Assembly (NCBI GenBank): GCA_964621645.1
Contig: CAZUMH010000002.1
Location: 8,928 to 72,927 of the forward strand
Direction: 5' to 3'
Source of the DNA: an uncultured bacterium
GTDB taxonomy: Bacteria > Zhuqueibacterota > QNDG01 > JAGLOF01
Length of the DNA: 64,000 bases
The notes beneath the pieces are model-generated. The model saw only the letters and a program-made list of their open reading frames with translations, searched no databases and was not told where the DNA came from. Position 1 is the first letter of the stretch. The number at the start of each line of letters is the position of its first letter. Below are positions 10,221 to 19,106 of the stretch, piece by piece. Made by a program: the position numbers and the translations under genes.

Positions 10221-10264
10221 TTGACAAACAGATGTAATATTTGTATATTCAAAAGTTCGAATAT
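10221..10264 (+). promoter_or_regulatory. Consensus sigma70 promoter (TTGACA-17-TATATT), overlapped by a 9-2-9 inverted repeat (ATATTCAAA-AG-TTCGAATAT) that is a candidate ArsR-family operator
   Basis: TTGACA at 10221-10226, 17-nt spacer, TATATT at 10244-10249; inverted repeat at 10245-10264; 30-45 nt upstream of the trxB start. Confidence 0.5.
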
Positions 10265-10293
10265 GGGAATATGCGAATAGCAATGGAGGGGAA

Positions 10294-11235
10294 ATGGCGG
10301 ATTACGATATCTTCATCATCGGCGGTGGGCCGGGAGGGCTTACCGCAGCACTCTATTCAGGGCGAGCACTGGTGAGGACCGCTCTTATAGACAAAATGAT
10401 TCCCGGAGGGCAGATGGTCACCACGGACTGGATTGAGAATTACCCGGGTTTCGATGAAGGTGTCAGCGGCGCGGAACTGGGCCAGCGTATGGAAAAGCAG
10501 GCCCGGCGCTTCGGAGTCAAATTTTTATCCGGAACGGTAACTGATGCTGATTTGCAGAGCAATCCCAAAAAGATTTTTACCGGAGATAAGCAATATACTG
10601 CCACATCTGTTATTGTTTCCACCGGGACAGACCCCCGTATGCTTAATGTTCCCGGTGAAAAGGAGTACCGGGGGAAAGGAGTGTCGTACTGCGGCACCTG
10701 TGATGCTCCCTTTTTTAAAGATAAAGATGTCCTGGTTGTGGGGGGAGGGAGTACCAGCATGCAGGAAAGTCTGCATCTGGCCAAGTTTGCCCGGTCGGTG
10801 CGCCTGCTCTCACGCCGGCCCCGGATAGAAGAGCTCAAGAGTGAACGCATTTTGATCCAGAAAGTGCAGGATCATCCTAAAATCAGTCTGGAACTGCATA
10901 AAAGGGTGCTGGAGATAAAGGGTGAACAGAAGGTCAACAGCGTGGTGATTGAAAACCTCGCCACCGGGGAAATCCAGACGAATCCGATCGACGGAGTCTT
11001 CATCTTCATTGGAGTCATTCCCAATACGGCCTTTTTGCACGGAAAGATTAAGCTCAGCGAAATGAATGAAATAGTCACGGATGAAGAAATGTGTTCTTCG
11101 ATACGGGGAGTCTTCGCCGTAGGGGATGTACGCCAGAAGAGCGTGCGGCAGATTTCCACGGCAGTGGGAGACGGCTCCATCGCTTCCCTGTCAGCGATTC
11201 ATTATGTGGAACATGCAAAAGCAATCGAGGGGTGA
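10294..11235 (+). CDS. trxB: Thioredoxin-disulfide reductase
   Basis: FAD motif IIGGGPGG, redox-active CGTCD motif, NADPH GGG motif (VVGGGSTSMQ). Confidence 0.9.
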   Translation: MADYDIFIIGGGPGGLTAALYSGRALVRTALIDKMIPGGQMVTTDWIENYPGFDEGVSGAELGQRMEKQARRFGVKFLSGTVTDADLQSNPKKIFTGDKQYTATSVIVSTGTDPRMLNVPGEKEYRGKGVSYCGTCDAPFFKDKDVLVVGGGSTSMQESLHLAKFARSVRLLSRRPRIEELKSERILIQKVQDHPKISLELHKRVLEIKGEQKVNSVVIENLATGEIQTNPIDGVFIFIGVIPNTAFLHGKIKLSEMNEIVTDEEMCSSIRGVFAVGDVRQKSVRQISTAVGDGSIASLSAIHYVEHAKAIEG

Positions 11236-11239
11236 TGTC

Positions 11240-11533
11240 ATGGCAGGTGAAAACTTTGAAGAATTCGCTAAAATACTTAAGGCGATCGCTCATCCCACCC
11301 GGCTCCATCTGCTTCATATGATGTATAACGAATGCCCATGTGTGAGAGATATGGAGTCCGAAGTGGGAGTATCTCAGCCGAATATCTCCCAGCATCTATC
11401 ATTGATGAGAAATATCGGTATCGTCAGTTCGGAGCGGGAAGGGAATCAAATGTGTTACAAAATCGAAAACCAGACAGTTCGCAACATTTTACAACTTATG
11501 TTAAAAAAAGAAAGGAGAAACAACAATGAGTAA
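11240..11533 (+). CDS. ArsR/SmtB-family metal(loid)-responsive transcriptional repressor
   Basis: wHTH protein with helix-3 metal site NECPCVRD (ELCVCDL-type); starts 5 nt after the trxB stop. Confidence 0.8.
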   Translation: MAGENFEEFAKILKAIAHPTRLHLLHMMYNECPCVRDMESEVGVSQPNISQHLSLMRNIGIVSSEREGNQMCYKIENQTVRNILQLMLKKERRNNNE

Positions 11534-11852
11534 AGAAATAACCTTGACGGACGCCAATTTCAAAAGTGAAGTTCTGGACTCCGATATTCCCGTGCTGGTG
11601 GATTTCTGGGCCAGCTGGTGTGCTCCCTGCCGCATGATTGCCCCGGCTGTTGAGCAGATCGCAGAGGAATATGCCGGTAAAGCCAAAGTTGGCAAGGTTA
11701 ATACCGAGGACGTCCCCGGTGTCACGGCGCAGTATGGCATCATCAGCATTCCTACGCTGATCATCTTCAAGGGTGGCAAACCGGTGGATCAGATCGTCGG
11801 AGCCGTTCCCAAAGAGATCATCGCCCAAAAGCTGGACGGCGTTCTTAAATGA
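11526..11852 (+). CDS. trxA: Thioredoxin with a variant WCAPC active site
   Basis: RBS AAGGAGA; the [13 protein letters not shown] active-site segment; thioredoxin fold length (108 aa). Confidence 0.85.
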   Translation: MSKEITLTDANFKSEVLDSDIPVLVDFWASWCAPCRMIAPAVEQIAEEYAGKAKVGKVNTEDVPGVTAQYGIISIPTLIIFKGGKPVDQIVGAVPKEIIAQKLDGVLK

Positions 11853-12034
11853 CAATTCCCGGGAGAAAAGAGATGCTGCGTATTATTATCGGAGCGGGAC
11901 TGGGTGCGATCCTTGGTTTTCTTTATTACCGGTTTATCGGATGTGCCTCAGGGGCCTGTCCTATCACTAAAAATCCATATTCCAGTTCACTCTATGGTGC
12001 TGTCATGGGTGCGTTGATCGGATCTAGCTTGTAA
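11849..12034 (+). CDS. Small two-helix membrane protein with a C-x4-C motif (GCASGAC). Function unknown; the internal start at 11873 (after GGGAGA) is also possible.
   Basis: Hydrophobic helices [16 protein letters not shown] and [14 protein letters not shown] flank the CASGAC motif; 4-nt overlap with the trxA stop. Confidence 0.4.
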   Translation: MTIPGRKEMLRIIIGAGLGAILGFLYYRFIGCASGACPITKNPYSSSLYGAVMGALIGSSL

Positions 12035-12046
12035 AAGGAGAAAACA

Positions 12047-12271
12047 ATGCCCATTTTTGAGTATACCTGCGAGAAATGCGGCAAGACGACCGAATTTCTC
12101 GTGCGTTCAGAAAAAGATGAATTGGTCTGTTCCTGTGGAAGCAAAAATCTGAAGAAGAAATTTTCCGCTTTTGCTGTTTCTGATGGCGGAATGTCTGCTT
12201 CGGGAGGCTGTGCTGACGGCAGCTGCGGGCTGCCTTCTTCGCCATGTGCTTCCGGCATGTGCGGTCTATAA
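12047..12271 (+). CDS. FmdB-family zinc-ribbon protein with a Cys/Gly/Ser-rich tail
   Basis: N-terminal MPIFEYTCEKCG...CSCG zinc ribbon typical of the FmdB family; strong RBS AAAGGAGAAAACA. Confidence 0.6.
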   Translation: MPIFEYTCEKCGKTTEFLVRSEKDELVCSCGSKNLKKKFSAFAVSDGGMSASGGCADGSCGLPSSPCASGMCGL

Positions 12272-12321
12272 TCGCCACATCTCTCGGCTAAGAGTTGAGA
12301 GGGGACATTCTGTGTGAGTTG

Positions 12322-12366
12322 CGCCGCCGGGTGATGACCATTATGTGTTGGCCGGCGGCGTTTTTC
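12322..12366 (+). terminator. Terminator/attenuator-like hairpin between fmdB and osmC: 9-bp GC stem, 21-nt loop, T5 tract
   Basis: CGCCGCCGG ... CCGGCGGCG followed by TTTTT. Confidence 0.3.
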
Positions 12367-12402
12367 AATCGGAATCCGTTGTACAACGATGAGGTGCTGA
12401 AT

Positions 12403-12831
12403 ATGAAGGTTACCGTTAAACAGCTGAAGGGATTGACCTTTGCGGCCAAAGGTGAAAGTAATCACTGGCTTATGATGGATAACGCCGAGGAAAAGGGGGG
12501 ATCCGGGGCGGGTTCCAGACCCATGGAACTCATCCTGATGGGTCTCGGAGGATGCACGGGAATGGACGTGGCCTTTATCCTGAAAAAGAGCCGGGTTGCC
12601 TATGATTATCTCGAGGTTGAGCTGGAAGGGAAACAGGCTGAGAGTATCCCCCGGGTTTATGAGGAGATAACAATCAGGTTCATCATAGGCGGGCGTAATA
12701 TACCGGAGAATAAGGTGAAACAGGCTATTGATCTGTCAGCTGAAAAGTACTGTTCCGTCTCCAAGATGCTGGAAAAGTCAGTAAAGATAAACCATGACTA
12801 CCGTATCGTCGAGGAGGAGCAGGCTCAGTGA
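12403..12831 (+). CDS. OsmC/Ohr-family peroxiredoxin-like protein
   Basis: OsmC-like fold signature (two conserved Cys: GGCTGMD and KYCSVSKM); start ATG 12403 within the longer ORF 12295. Confidence 0.7.
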   Translation: MKVTVKQLKGLTFAAKGESNHWLMMDNAEEKGGSGAGSRPMELILMGLGGCTGMDVAFILKKSRVAYDYLEVELEGKQAESIPRVYEEITIRFIIGGRNIPENKVKQAIDLSAEKYCSVSKMLEKSVKINHDYRIVEEEQAQ

Positions 12832-13610
12832 GAATCGCTCTCTCGCAGATGACTGTTATCAAGGGTGAGCCGGAAGCAAACCTGGCGCGGGCAGCCTCCG
12901 CCGTCAGGCGGGCCGCGGATGCCGGCTGTAATCTCATCCTTTTGCCGGAATTCTGGGCCGTGGGGTTCGATATCAAGCGGATTAAATCCATGGCTGATCC
13001 CCTGGAAAGCGGAGTATTCGCCCAAATGTGCCGTTGGGCCAGGGATTTTTCTTTGGCAGTGGCGGGCACGCATCCCCGCTTGGATAAAGATAAGGTATAT
13101 AATACAGCAGTCCTCTACTCCGATCAAGGCGAACTGCTGGGCAGTTATGACAAGATGCATCTCTTCTCTCCCATGCAGGAGCACCGTTACCTTGCTCCAG
13201 GCCCGGTAATGCCCTCTCCGGTTTCGACTCCCTGGGGACAAATCGGGCTGGTTACCTGTTTCGATCTGAGATTCCCGGAACCGGTCCGGCGGCTGGCGCT
13301 TGCGGGGGCTAATGTGATTCTCATCCCGGCCTACTGGCCCCAGCCCCGTCTGCCCCACTGGTCCCTGCTCCTGCGCGCCAGAGCTTTGGAAAATCAAGTG
13401 TTCATGGCGGGATGCAACCGCGCTTCTGATCCGGGGGAGCGGGAATTCGGTCTCTCGGCCTGCATAGATCCGGCTGGAGAAGTGGTGGCGGAGGCGGGAT
13501 TTACCGAACTGTTGCTTGTGACCGATATCGATCTGGACAGAGTGACACGTATCCGGAAAGAATTTCCCGTTCTTTCAGCCAGGAGAAGCGGGATCTACGG
13601 AAATTTTTAA
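12828..13610 (+). CDS. Carbon-nitrogen hydrolase (nitrilase/omega-amidase superfamily)
   Basis: Catalytic E-K-C triad context (LPEFW, YDKMHLF, VTCFDLRFPE); 260 aa. Confidence 0.8.
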   Translation: MRIALSQMTVIKGEPEANLARAASAVRRAADAGCNLILLPEFWAVGFDIKRIKSMADPLESGVFAQMCRWARDFSLAVAGTHPRLDKDKVYNTAVLYSDQGELLGSYDKMHLFSPMQEHRYLAPGPVMPSPVSTPWGQIGLVTCFDLRFPEPVRRLALAGANVILIPAYWPQPRLPHWSLLLRARALENQVFMAGCNRASDPGEREFGLSACIDPAGEVVAEAGFTELLLVTDIDLDRVTRIRKEFPVLSARRSGIYGNF

Positions 13611-13855
13611 ATCCCTCGTTTCATTGCAGCATCGTTATCTTTCTTCCGATTTAGGAACGACACTGCCATCGGAAAAATCTGTCTTCCGTTTTTCCTTCCA
13701 CATCAGATCAAATACATTGATACACCATTATCTCAATAGGAATAGCAGGTTAACTGAGTAATCCACACTGCTTGACGTGTATTCATTCACCTCTGCGTCC
13801 ATCAGAACAACAGCCATGAACCAAAGTGGATTTTTATTTTTTACGCTGTAGCTCC

Positions 13856-13870
13856 TGGCATGGGGTTTGC
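13856..13870 (+). promoter_or_regulatory. Candidate sigma54 (-24/-12) promoter, TGGCAT-N5-TTGCG, about 110 nt upstream of the chemosensory operon
   Basis: GG and GC dinucleotides spaced exactly as in the TGGCACG-N4-TTGCW consensus; lies in a 370-bp non-coding region. Confidence 0.4.
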
Positions 13871-13981
13871 GAATAACACGGCAGAGCAAAATTGCATGAT
13901 TTTTCGGGAAATAGATTACCTTTTGTAATCATTCTATTCATTTTGAAAGTGGATCAAAATGGTGATAGAGGAGGAACAGAA

Positions 13982-14359
13982 GTGGCTTCAAAAATCCTAA
14001 TCGTTGATGACGATGCGGGGATCCGCCTTCTTTTATCCAAATTTCTCCAGCGGCAGGGATTCGAGATCATTACTGCTGAGGATGGATTGGAAGGGGTGGA
14101 GATGGCCAAGGAGCATCACCCTGATTTGGTGCTGCTGGATGTTGTCATGCCACGCATGAATGGACTGACAGCGGCGCGTCTGATCAAATTCTACAAGCCG
14201 CTTAGTGATGTACCCATCATTTTTCTCACCGCAAAAGACGCCCAGAAAGAGATCGATTTAGCTGAGGCGGCCCGGGCGGATGTTTACATCACTAAACCAT
14301 TTGATGTGCGGCAGGTTGTGGAAGTGGTCACCGAAATGCTGATGCCCTCTCCAGTCTGA
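13982..14359 (+). CDS. CheY-like single-domain response regulator (GTG start, SD GGAGGA)
   Basis: Receiver motifs ILIVDDD, the phospho-acceptor Asp in LVLLDVVMP, conserved Thr/Lys later in the domain; 126 aa from the GTG. Confidence 0.8.
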   Translation: MASKILIVDDDAGIRLLLSKFLQRQGFEIITAEDGLEGVEMAKEHHPDLVLLDVVMPRMNGLTAARLIKFYKPLSDVPIIFLTAKDAQKEIDLAEAARADVYITKPFDVRQVVEVVTEMLMPSPV

Positions 14360-14449
14360 ACCGACATTCAACAGGAGCGGTCCGGCCTGATGTCGTCCGC
14401 TTCGCTGAAAAGGCGATTCCGATTTCCAGCCTGAATTGGAGGACGGTGC

Positions 14450-14938
14450 ATGTCCGATAGAGAGAAAGTACTTCTTTTTTATGTCCAGAAACAGTGTTTT
14501 GCATTGCGGCTGCCTTTGGTCGAGCGCATTACCATGTCGGCCCAGATAACACCGCTGCCTCAGGCCCCGAAGATTGTCCTGGGAGTCATCGATGTGCAGG
14601 GGGATATTTTCCCTGTAATCGATACCAGAAAAAGATTCAGTATGAAAACCAAGAATGTGGGGATGAACGATTATTTTATCATCGGTAAAACGGGTAATCG
14701 AAAGGTTGCCCTCCTGGTCGATAATATAGGAGAGATTGAGACGGTGACCAGTGACGATATCATCGATGGCGAGGATATCCTGCCTAAGACTGGTCCTGTG
14801 GAAGGAGCCTTAAAATTGCGCGGAGATATTATTTTCATTCACGATCTGGAAAAGTGCCTGTCACTGAATGAGGAACGGCAGCTCAGCCGAGCCTTGAAAA
14901 AATCGAATCTCACAACCGGAACGAAAGAACAAAAATGA
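14450..14938 (+). CDS. cheW: CheW-like coupling protein
   Basis: Single CheW domain (GVIDVQGDIFPVIDTRKRF...VALLVDNIGEI). Confidence 0.8.
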   Translation: MSDREKVLLFYVQKQCFALRLPLVERITMSAQITPLPQAPKIVLGVIDVQGDIFPVIDTRKRFSMKTKNVGMNDYFIIGKTGNRKVALLVDNIGEIETVTSDDIIDGEDILPKTGPVEGALKLRGDIIFIHDLEKCLSLNEERQLSRALKKSNLTTGTKEQK

Positions 14939-16431
14939 GTAACCACGTTCATAGCACCGTTATCGATCAGCTTAGTGAGCACTTAAGTAAACATATGGGC
15001 CTTTACTTCCAGAAAGAACGACGTCTGGACTTGCTGCGGGGGATTCGGGAGGCGTCGGAAGTATTCGGCTTTCAGGATGTTGAGACATTTATTCACTGGA
15101 TCATGTCCACCGAGTTGAATCAGCGTCAAGTAGAAGTTTTGGCCCGTTTCCTGACCGTCGGCGAAACCTATTTTATGAGGGAGAAGAGAGTTTTTGAGGC
15201 TTTGGATAGTCAAATCATCCCTGATCTCTTGCGGGAACGCAGGATGAAAGAAAGCTCTATTAACATCTGGAGCGCCGGATGCTGTACCGGTGAGGAGCCT
15301 TACTCGGTGGCGATCATGCTTGATCAGCTCATCCCGGATATTCAGGCGTGGAACATCTCAATCCTCGGGACGGATATCAATCCCTTATTTCTGCAGAAAG
15401 CGAATCGCGGCATTTATACTGAATGGTCCTTCAGGGGGACACCGGCCAGCATCAGGGAGAGATATTTCAAGAAGGTCGGGAGCCGGGAATTCATGATCAT
15501 TGATCGAATAAAACAGATGATCCACTTTTCCTATCTTAATTTGGCCAAAGATCCGTTCCGTACCAGCGGCATCGGCCCGGAACCGATGGATATCATCTTC
15601 TGCCGCAATGTTCTCATGTATTTCAAACCGGATCGCGTTGAAGAGATCGTCAATAAATTCTATGACGTCCTCAATGAGGACGGCTGGCTTATCGTGGGCC
15701 CCAGTGAATCGGCTCATATATATTTCTCGAAATATGAGAGCGTGGAGTTCCCGGGAGCGATTCTCTTCCGCAAGAGCCTTAAACCGAAGAATAAACCCGA
15801 GAAAATTATCAGGCGCCAGAAGAAAAAGGCCATCTACCATACTCTGCCCACAGTCAAGAAAAAGGTTGCCAGGCCCGCGCTGAAGCCCGCTCTCCGTGCT
15901 GAACCGGAGAAAACCAAATCAGAAAAGAAACAGGTTTTCAGTCAGGCATTGCAATATTACCGTGAGAAAAAATATCAAGCTGTTGCGGAGGCGGTGGAAC
16001 AATTCCTCACCATAAGCACCAATCCGGATATAAGAATGATGCTGCTTCTGTCCAAGGCGTATGCCAACCTGGGGCGCCTGGAACAGGCGATGAACTGGTG
16101 CACCAAAGCCATTAACCATGACAAACTGAATCCTCGCTGCTATCATCTGCAAGGGTCTCTTTTCCAGGAACAGGACCGACTGGAAGAGGCCGCGCAATCG
16201 TATCAGAGAGTCCTCTATCTAAATCCCGATTATCCCATGGCTCATTTCATGCTGGGGAATGTATGCAGGCAGCAGGGGAAGGTACGTGAATCCAATAAAT
16301 ATTTCAGCAATGTACTCTCGCTTTTAAACGCTCAGGATAAAGACTCCCTGTTACCGGATGCGGAAGGCATTACGGTAGGAGGGATGCTTGAATGCATTAA
16401 ATCGATGATGAATGGAGAATATCAGGGATGA
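14935..16431 (+). CDS. cheR: CheR-type MCP methyltransferase fused to C-terminal TPR repeats
   Basis: CheR N-terminal helical domain, SAM-binding core (IWSAGCCTGEEPYSVAIML, ILGTDIN), then TPR repeats of about 130 aa. Confidence 0.85.
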   Translation: MSNHVHSTVIDQLSEHLSKHMGLYFQKERRLDLLRGIREASEVFGFQDVETFIHWIMSTELNQRQVEVLARFLTVGETYFMREKRVFEALDSQIIPDLLRERRMKESSINIWSAGCCTGEEPYSVAIMLDQLIPDIQAWNISILGTDINPLFLQKANRGIYTEWSFRGTPASIRERYFKKVGSREFMIIDRIKQMIHFSYLNLAKDPFRTSGIGPEPMDIIFCRNVLMYFKPDRVEEIVNKFYDVLNEDGWLIVGPSESAHIYFSKYESVEFPGAILFRKSLKPKNKPEKIIRRQKKKAIYHTLPTVKKKVARPALKPALRAEPEKTKSEKKQVFSQALQYYREKKYQAVAEAVEQFLTISTNPDIRMMLLLSKAYANLGRLEQAMNWCTKAINHDKLNPRCYHLQGSLFQEQDRLEEAAQSYQRVLYLNPDYPMAHFMLGNVCRQQGKVRESNKYFSNVLSLLNAQDKDSLLPDAEGITVGGMLECIKSMMNGEYQG

Positions 16432-17021
16432 AGGGAAAAGAGAGCAAGACGAAGAAAAAAGACAGCGGTCTGCTCGAAAATTTGCGGGACACCCTTGCCG
16501 TAAATCAGGAAGATGAAGAAAAGCTGCTGGAGCAGCGGGCCAAGGAGCTGGCCGAAGTTCGCAAAGACGAGGATATCGATGAAGATTCTTTAAGTGTGAT
16601 CCAATTTGACCTCGCTTATGAACGCTACGGTATTGAATCGTGCTGGGTACGGGAAGTCTATCCCCTAAAGGAACTCACTCCGGTACCTTGCACTCCAGAT
16701 TTCATTCTCGGTATAACCAGCATCCGCGGACAGATCATATCAATTATGGATCTGAAGCGTTTTTTCGATCTTCCCACCAAAGGTCTGACGGATCTTAATC
16801 GGGTCCTGGTATTGAGAAATGATGAGATGATTTTCGGCATTCTGGCCGATTCAATCTACGGAGTGAGGAGTGTGCGGGAGGATGACCTGTTGGATCGTCC
16901 GGCAGCCGGTGGAAAGATCAGCAATGATTATATAATGGGTGTCACGGAAGATCAGCTGATTGTGCTGGACGGCAGAAAGATATTAAGCGATCAGAAGATT
17001 TTAATCTATGACGAGGGATAA
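16428..17021 (+). CDS. Second CheW-like coupling protein
   Basis: CheW domain (ILGITSIRGQIISIMDLKRFF...VLVLRNDEMIFGILADSI). Confidence 0.75.
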   Translation: MKGKESKTKKKDSGLLENLRDTLAVNQEDEEKLLEQRAKELAEVRKDEDIDEDSLSVIQFDLAYERYGIESCWVREVYPLKELTPVPCTPDFILGITSIRGQIISIMDLKRFFDLPTKGLTDLNRVLVLRNDEMIFGILADSIYGVRSVREDDLLDRPAAGGKISNDYIMGVTEDQLIVLDGRKILSDQKILIYDEG

Positions 17022-17040
17022 ATTGTACAGGGAGAGTACA

Positions 17041-18639
17041 ATGAGCAAGTTTTTCACCATGAAGCTGAAAATTATCATCCTGCCTGCTTTGGCGTCTATT
17101 CTGCTCTTGACCGTGCTGTGCGTCGAATGCGTCTATATGAAGAAGAGCCGGAATCTGTCCGAAAAGGCGATATCCACTCATCTTCCAGCCTGGGAGACGG
17201 GAATCAATATGCGCAACACCCTGGTGAGTTTTCATCATAGTATTGGACAGGCCGTGCTTGACGGGAAACAGAGTGACCTGACGAACGTCCAGACCCAGCT
17301 GGACCACTTTCTGGCTCTGATTGACGATGCCCAAAAAAGGTCACTGATCCCGGCTGAAGAACTCGATCCCATCAGGAAAAACTTCAATAATTATTACAAA
17401 TTATATCAGGATGCCGGATTGGGCCAGCCTGGAAAACATATTTCTGTCCAGGCAAGCATGGCAGAATCATCCTACAACGCAACGTATGATGCCATTGAAA
17501 CTGCTATTACTCAAAGCAACGCCACTCTTTCCTCTGGTCTTACACATCTTGACCAAACCTCGGATTCCATGGGTGACGCGCTGACATGGCTCATAATCAT
17601 CGCTATTGTTATCTTATTCGGCTTTACATACAATATCGTCCAGTCTGTCACAAGGCCAATTAAAAAACTGGCAAAAATCACCTCCCGAATCGCCGAAGGT
17701 GATCTATTGGTGGAAGTGGAACGGTCGGATGGCAGGGATGAATTGGCGGAATTAATCAACGGCTTCAATATCATGGTAGAGAATCTGCATGTTTTAACCC
17801 AGGAAGTCAAGGATGGTACCCAAGGGCTTGCCGCAGCGGCGGGACAGATCTCCGCTTCGGTCACCGAGATTTCTTCCGCTGCCGCCGAGACGGCTTCAGC
17901 GGCGAGTCAGACGAGCACTACGGTTGAGGAAGTGAGGCAGACGGCTCTTGATTCCAACCGCAAGGCGAAGATGGTCTCGGAAAACGCTCATGAGGCTGTG
18001 GAGATATCTCAAACCGGCGAGGATGCGGTTAACCTGAGCATAGAAGGAATGCACCGGATTGAGGAACAGATGGAATCCATTGCCGGCAGCATTATGAAAC
18101 TCAGTGAACATGGACAAGCCATCGGGGACATCATAGCCACTGTGGAAGACATTGCCGAGCAATCACGTCTCCTGGCGGTCAACGCATCCATTGAAGCGGT
18201 GAAGGCCGGGGAACACGGAAAGGGCTTCTCGGTGGTGGCTCAGGAAGTACAAAATCTGGCGGAACAGTCAAAAGAATCCACGGCACGGGTGCGGTCCATT
18301 CTGGACGACATCCAGAAAGCGACCAGTGAAGCTGTTATGAAAACGGAACAGGGGTCAAAGGCGGTTAAGGCCGGAGTAAAGCAATCCCAGGAATCGGGGG
18401 AAGCCATCGCCAGACTGGCTGAGAGCGTGGAACAGGCGGCTCAGGCGACAACCCAGATTTCCGTATCCAGCCAGGAGCAGGTGGTGGGCATGGATCAGGT
18501 GGTTTCGGCCATGGAGAGCATTAAAACAGCCAGCGCCCAGCATGTGGATGCCACCAGGCAGGTGGAACTGGCCGCGCAGGAGCTGCATAAGCTCGGCCAG
18601 CGTTTGTCAGAATTGATGAACCGATATCAGTTAAATTAA
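17041..18639 (+). CDS. Methyl-accepting chemotaxis protein (TM - sensor - TM - HAMP - MA domain)
   Basis: Two TM helices, HAMP (PIKKLAKITSRIAEGDL...), and a methyl-accepting signalling domain with the conserved hairpin region (EQSRLLAVNASIEAVKAGEHGKGFSVVAQEV). Confidence 0.85.
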   Translation: MSKFFTMKLKIIILPALASILLLTVLCVECVYMKKSRNLSEKAISTHLPAWETGINMRNTLVSFHHSIGQAVLDGKQSDLTNVQTQLDHFLALIDDAQKRSLIPAEELDPIRKNFNNYYKLYQDAGLGQPGKHISVQASMAESSYNATYDAIETAITQSNATLSSGLTHLDQTSDSMGDALTWLIIIAIVILFGFTYNIVQSVTRPIKKLAKITSRIAEGDLLVEVERSDGRDELAELINGFNIMVENLHVLTQEVKDGTQGLAAAAGQISASVTEISSAAAETASAASQTSTTVEEVRQTALDSNRKAKMVSENAHEAVEISQTGEDAVNLSIEGMHRIEEQMESIAGSIMKLSEHGQAIGDIIATVEDIAEQSRLLAVNASIEAVKAGEHGKGFSVVAQEVQNLAEQSKESTARVRSILDDIQKATSEAVMKTEQGSKAVKAGVKQSQESGEAIARLAESVEQAAQATTQISVSSQEQVVGMDQVVSAMESIKTASAQHVDATRQVELAAQELHKLGQRLSELMNRYQLN

Positions 18640-18653
18640 GGTGGGAGTGGATA

Positions 18654-19070
18654 ATGAATATTCAGGATCCCGAATTTTTTAAGGAACTGGTGGCCATGTT
18701 CAAGATAGAAACCACTGAACATGTTGAGGCCATTCAGGATGGGTTGGATAAGCTGAAGGGAGATCTGTCCGGATCGGAAAATCAGGATGTACTGGAAGTC
18801 GTTTTCAGAGCCGCCCACAGCTTGAAAGGAGCCGCCCGCACGGTAGGACTGATCGATATAGAATCCATCGGCCAGGAACTGGAACGATTGCTTGCACAGG
18901 TGAAAAACGGAAAACTGGAGCTGGATCAGCGCAAGGTGGTGCTTTTCAAGGAAGTAACCAGTGAATTGCAGGTGATGATACAGTCACTTACCGACGATGG
19001 CAAGATAACGGGTGATTCATCTCAACTTCTGCGCAGGCTGGAACTGGTGGAGCAGGAGAAGGCTCAGTAA
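18654..19070 (+). CDS. Stand-alone Hpt (CheA-P1-like histidine phosphotransfer) protein, paralogous to the CheA N-terminus
   Basis: FRAAHSLKGAARTVGL matches the CheA P1 His motif; about 45% identical in register to residues 1-130 of the downstream CheA. Confidence 0.7.
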   Translation: MNIQDPEFFKELVAMFKIETTEHVEAIQDGLDKLKGDLSGSENQDVLEVVFRAAHSLKGAARTVGLIDIESIGQELERLLAQVKNGKLELDQRKVVLFKEVTSELQVMIQSLTDDGKITGDSSQLLRRLELVEQEKAQ

Positions 19071-19106
19071 TCCGGTACCCTGGCAAAATGAGGACGGAGC
19101 TTTTTC

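Noticed and set aside
10251-10262. GTTCGAAT T-loop-like motif, considered as a tRNA
   Set aside because: No acceptor or anticodon stem context; it is one arm of the promoter-proximal palindrome.
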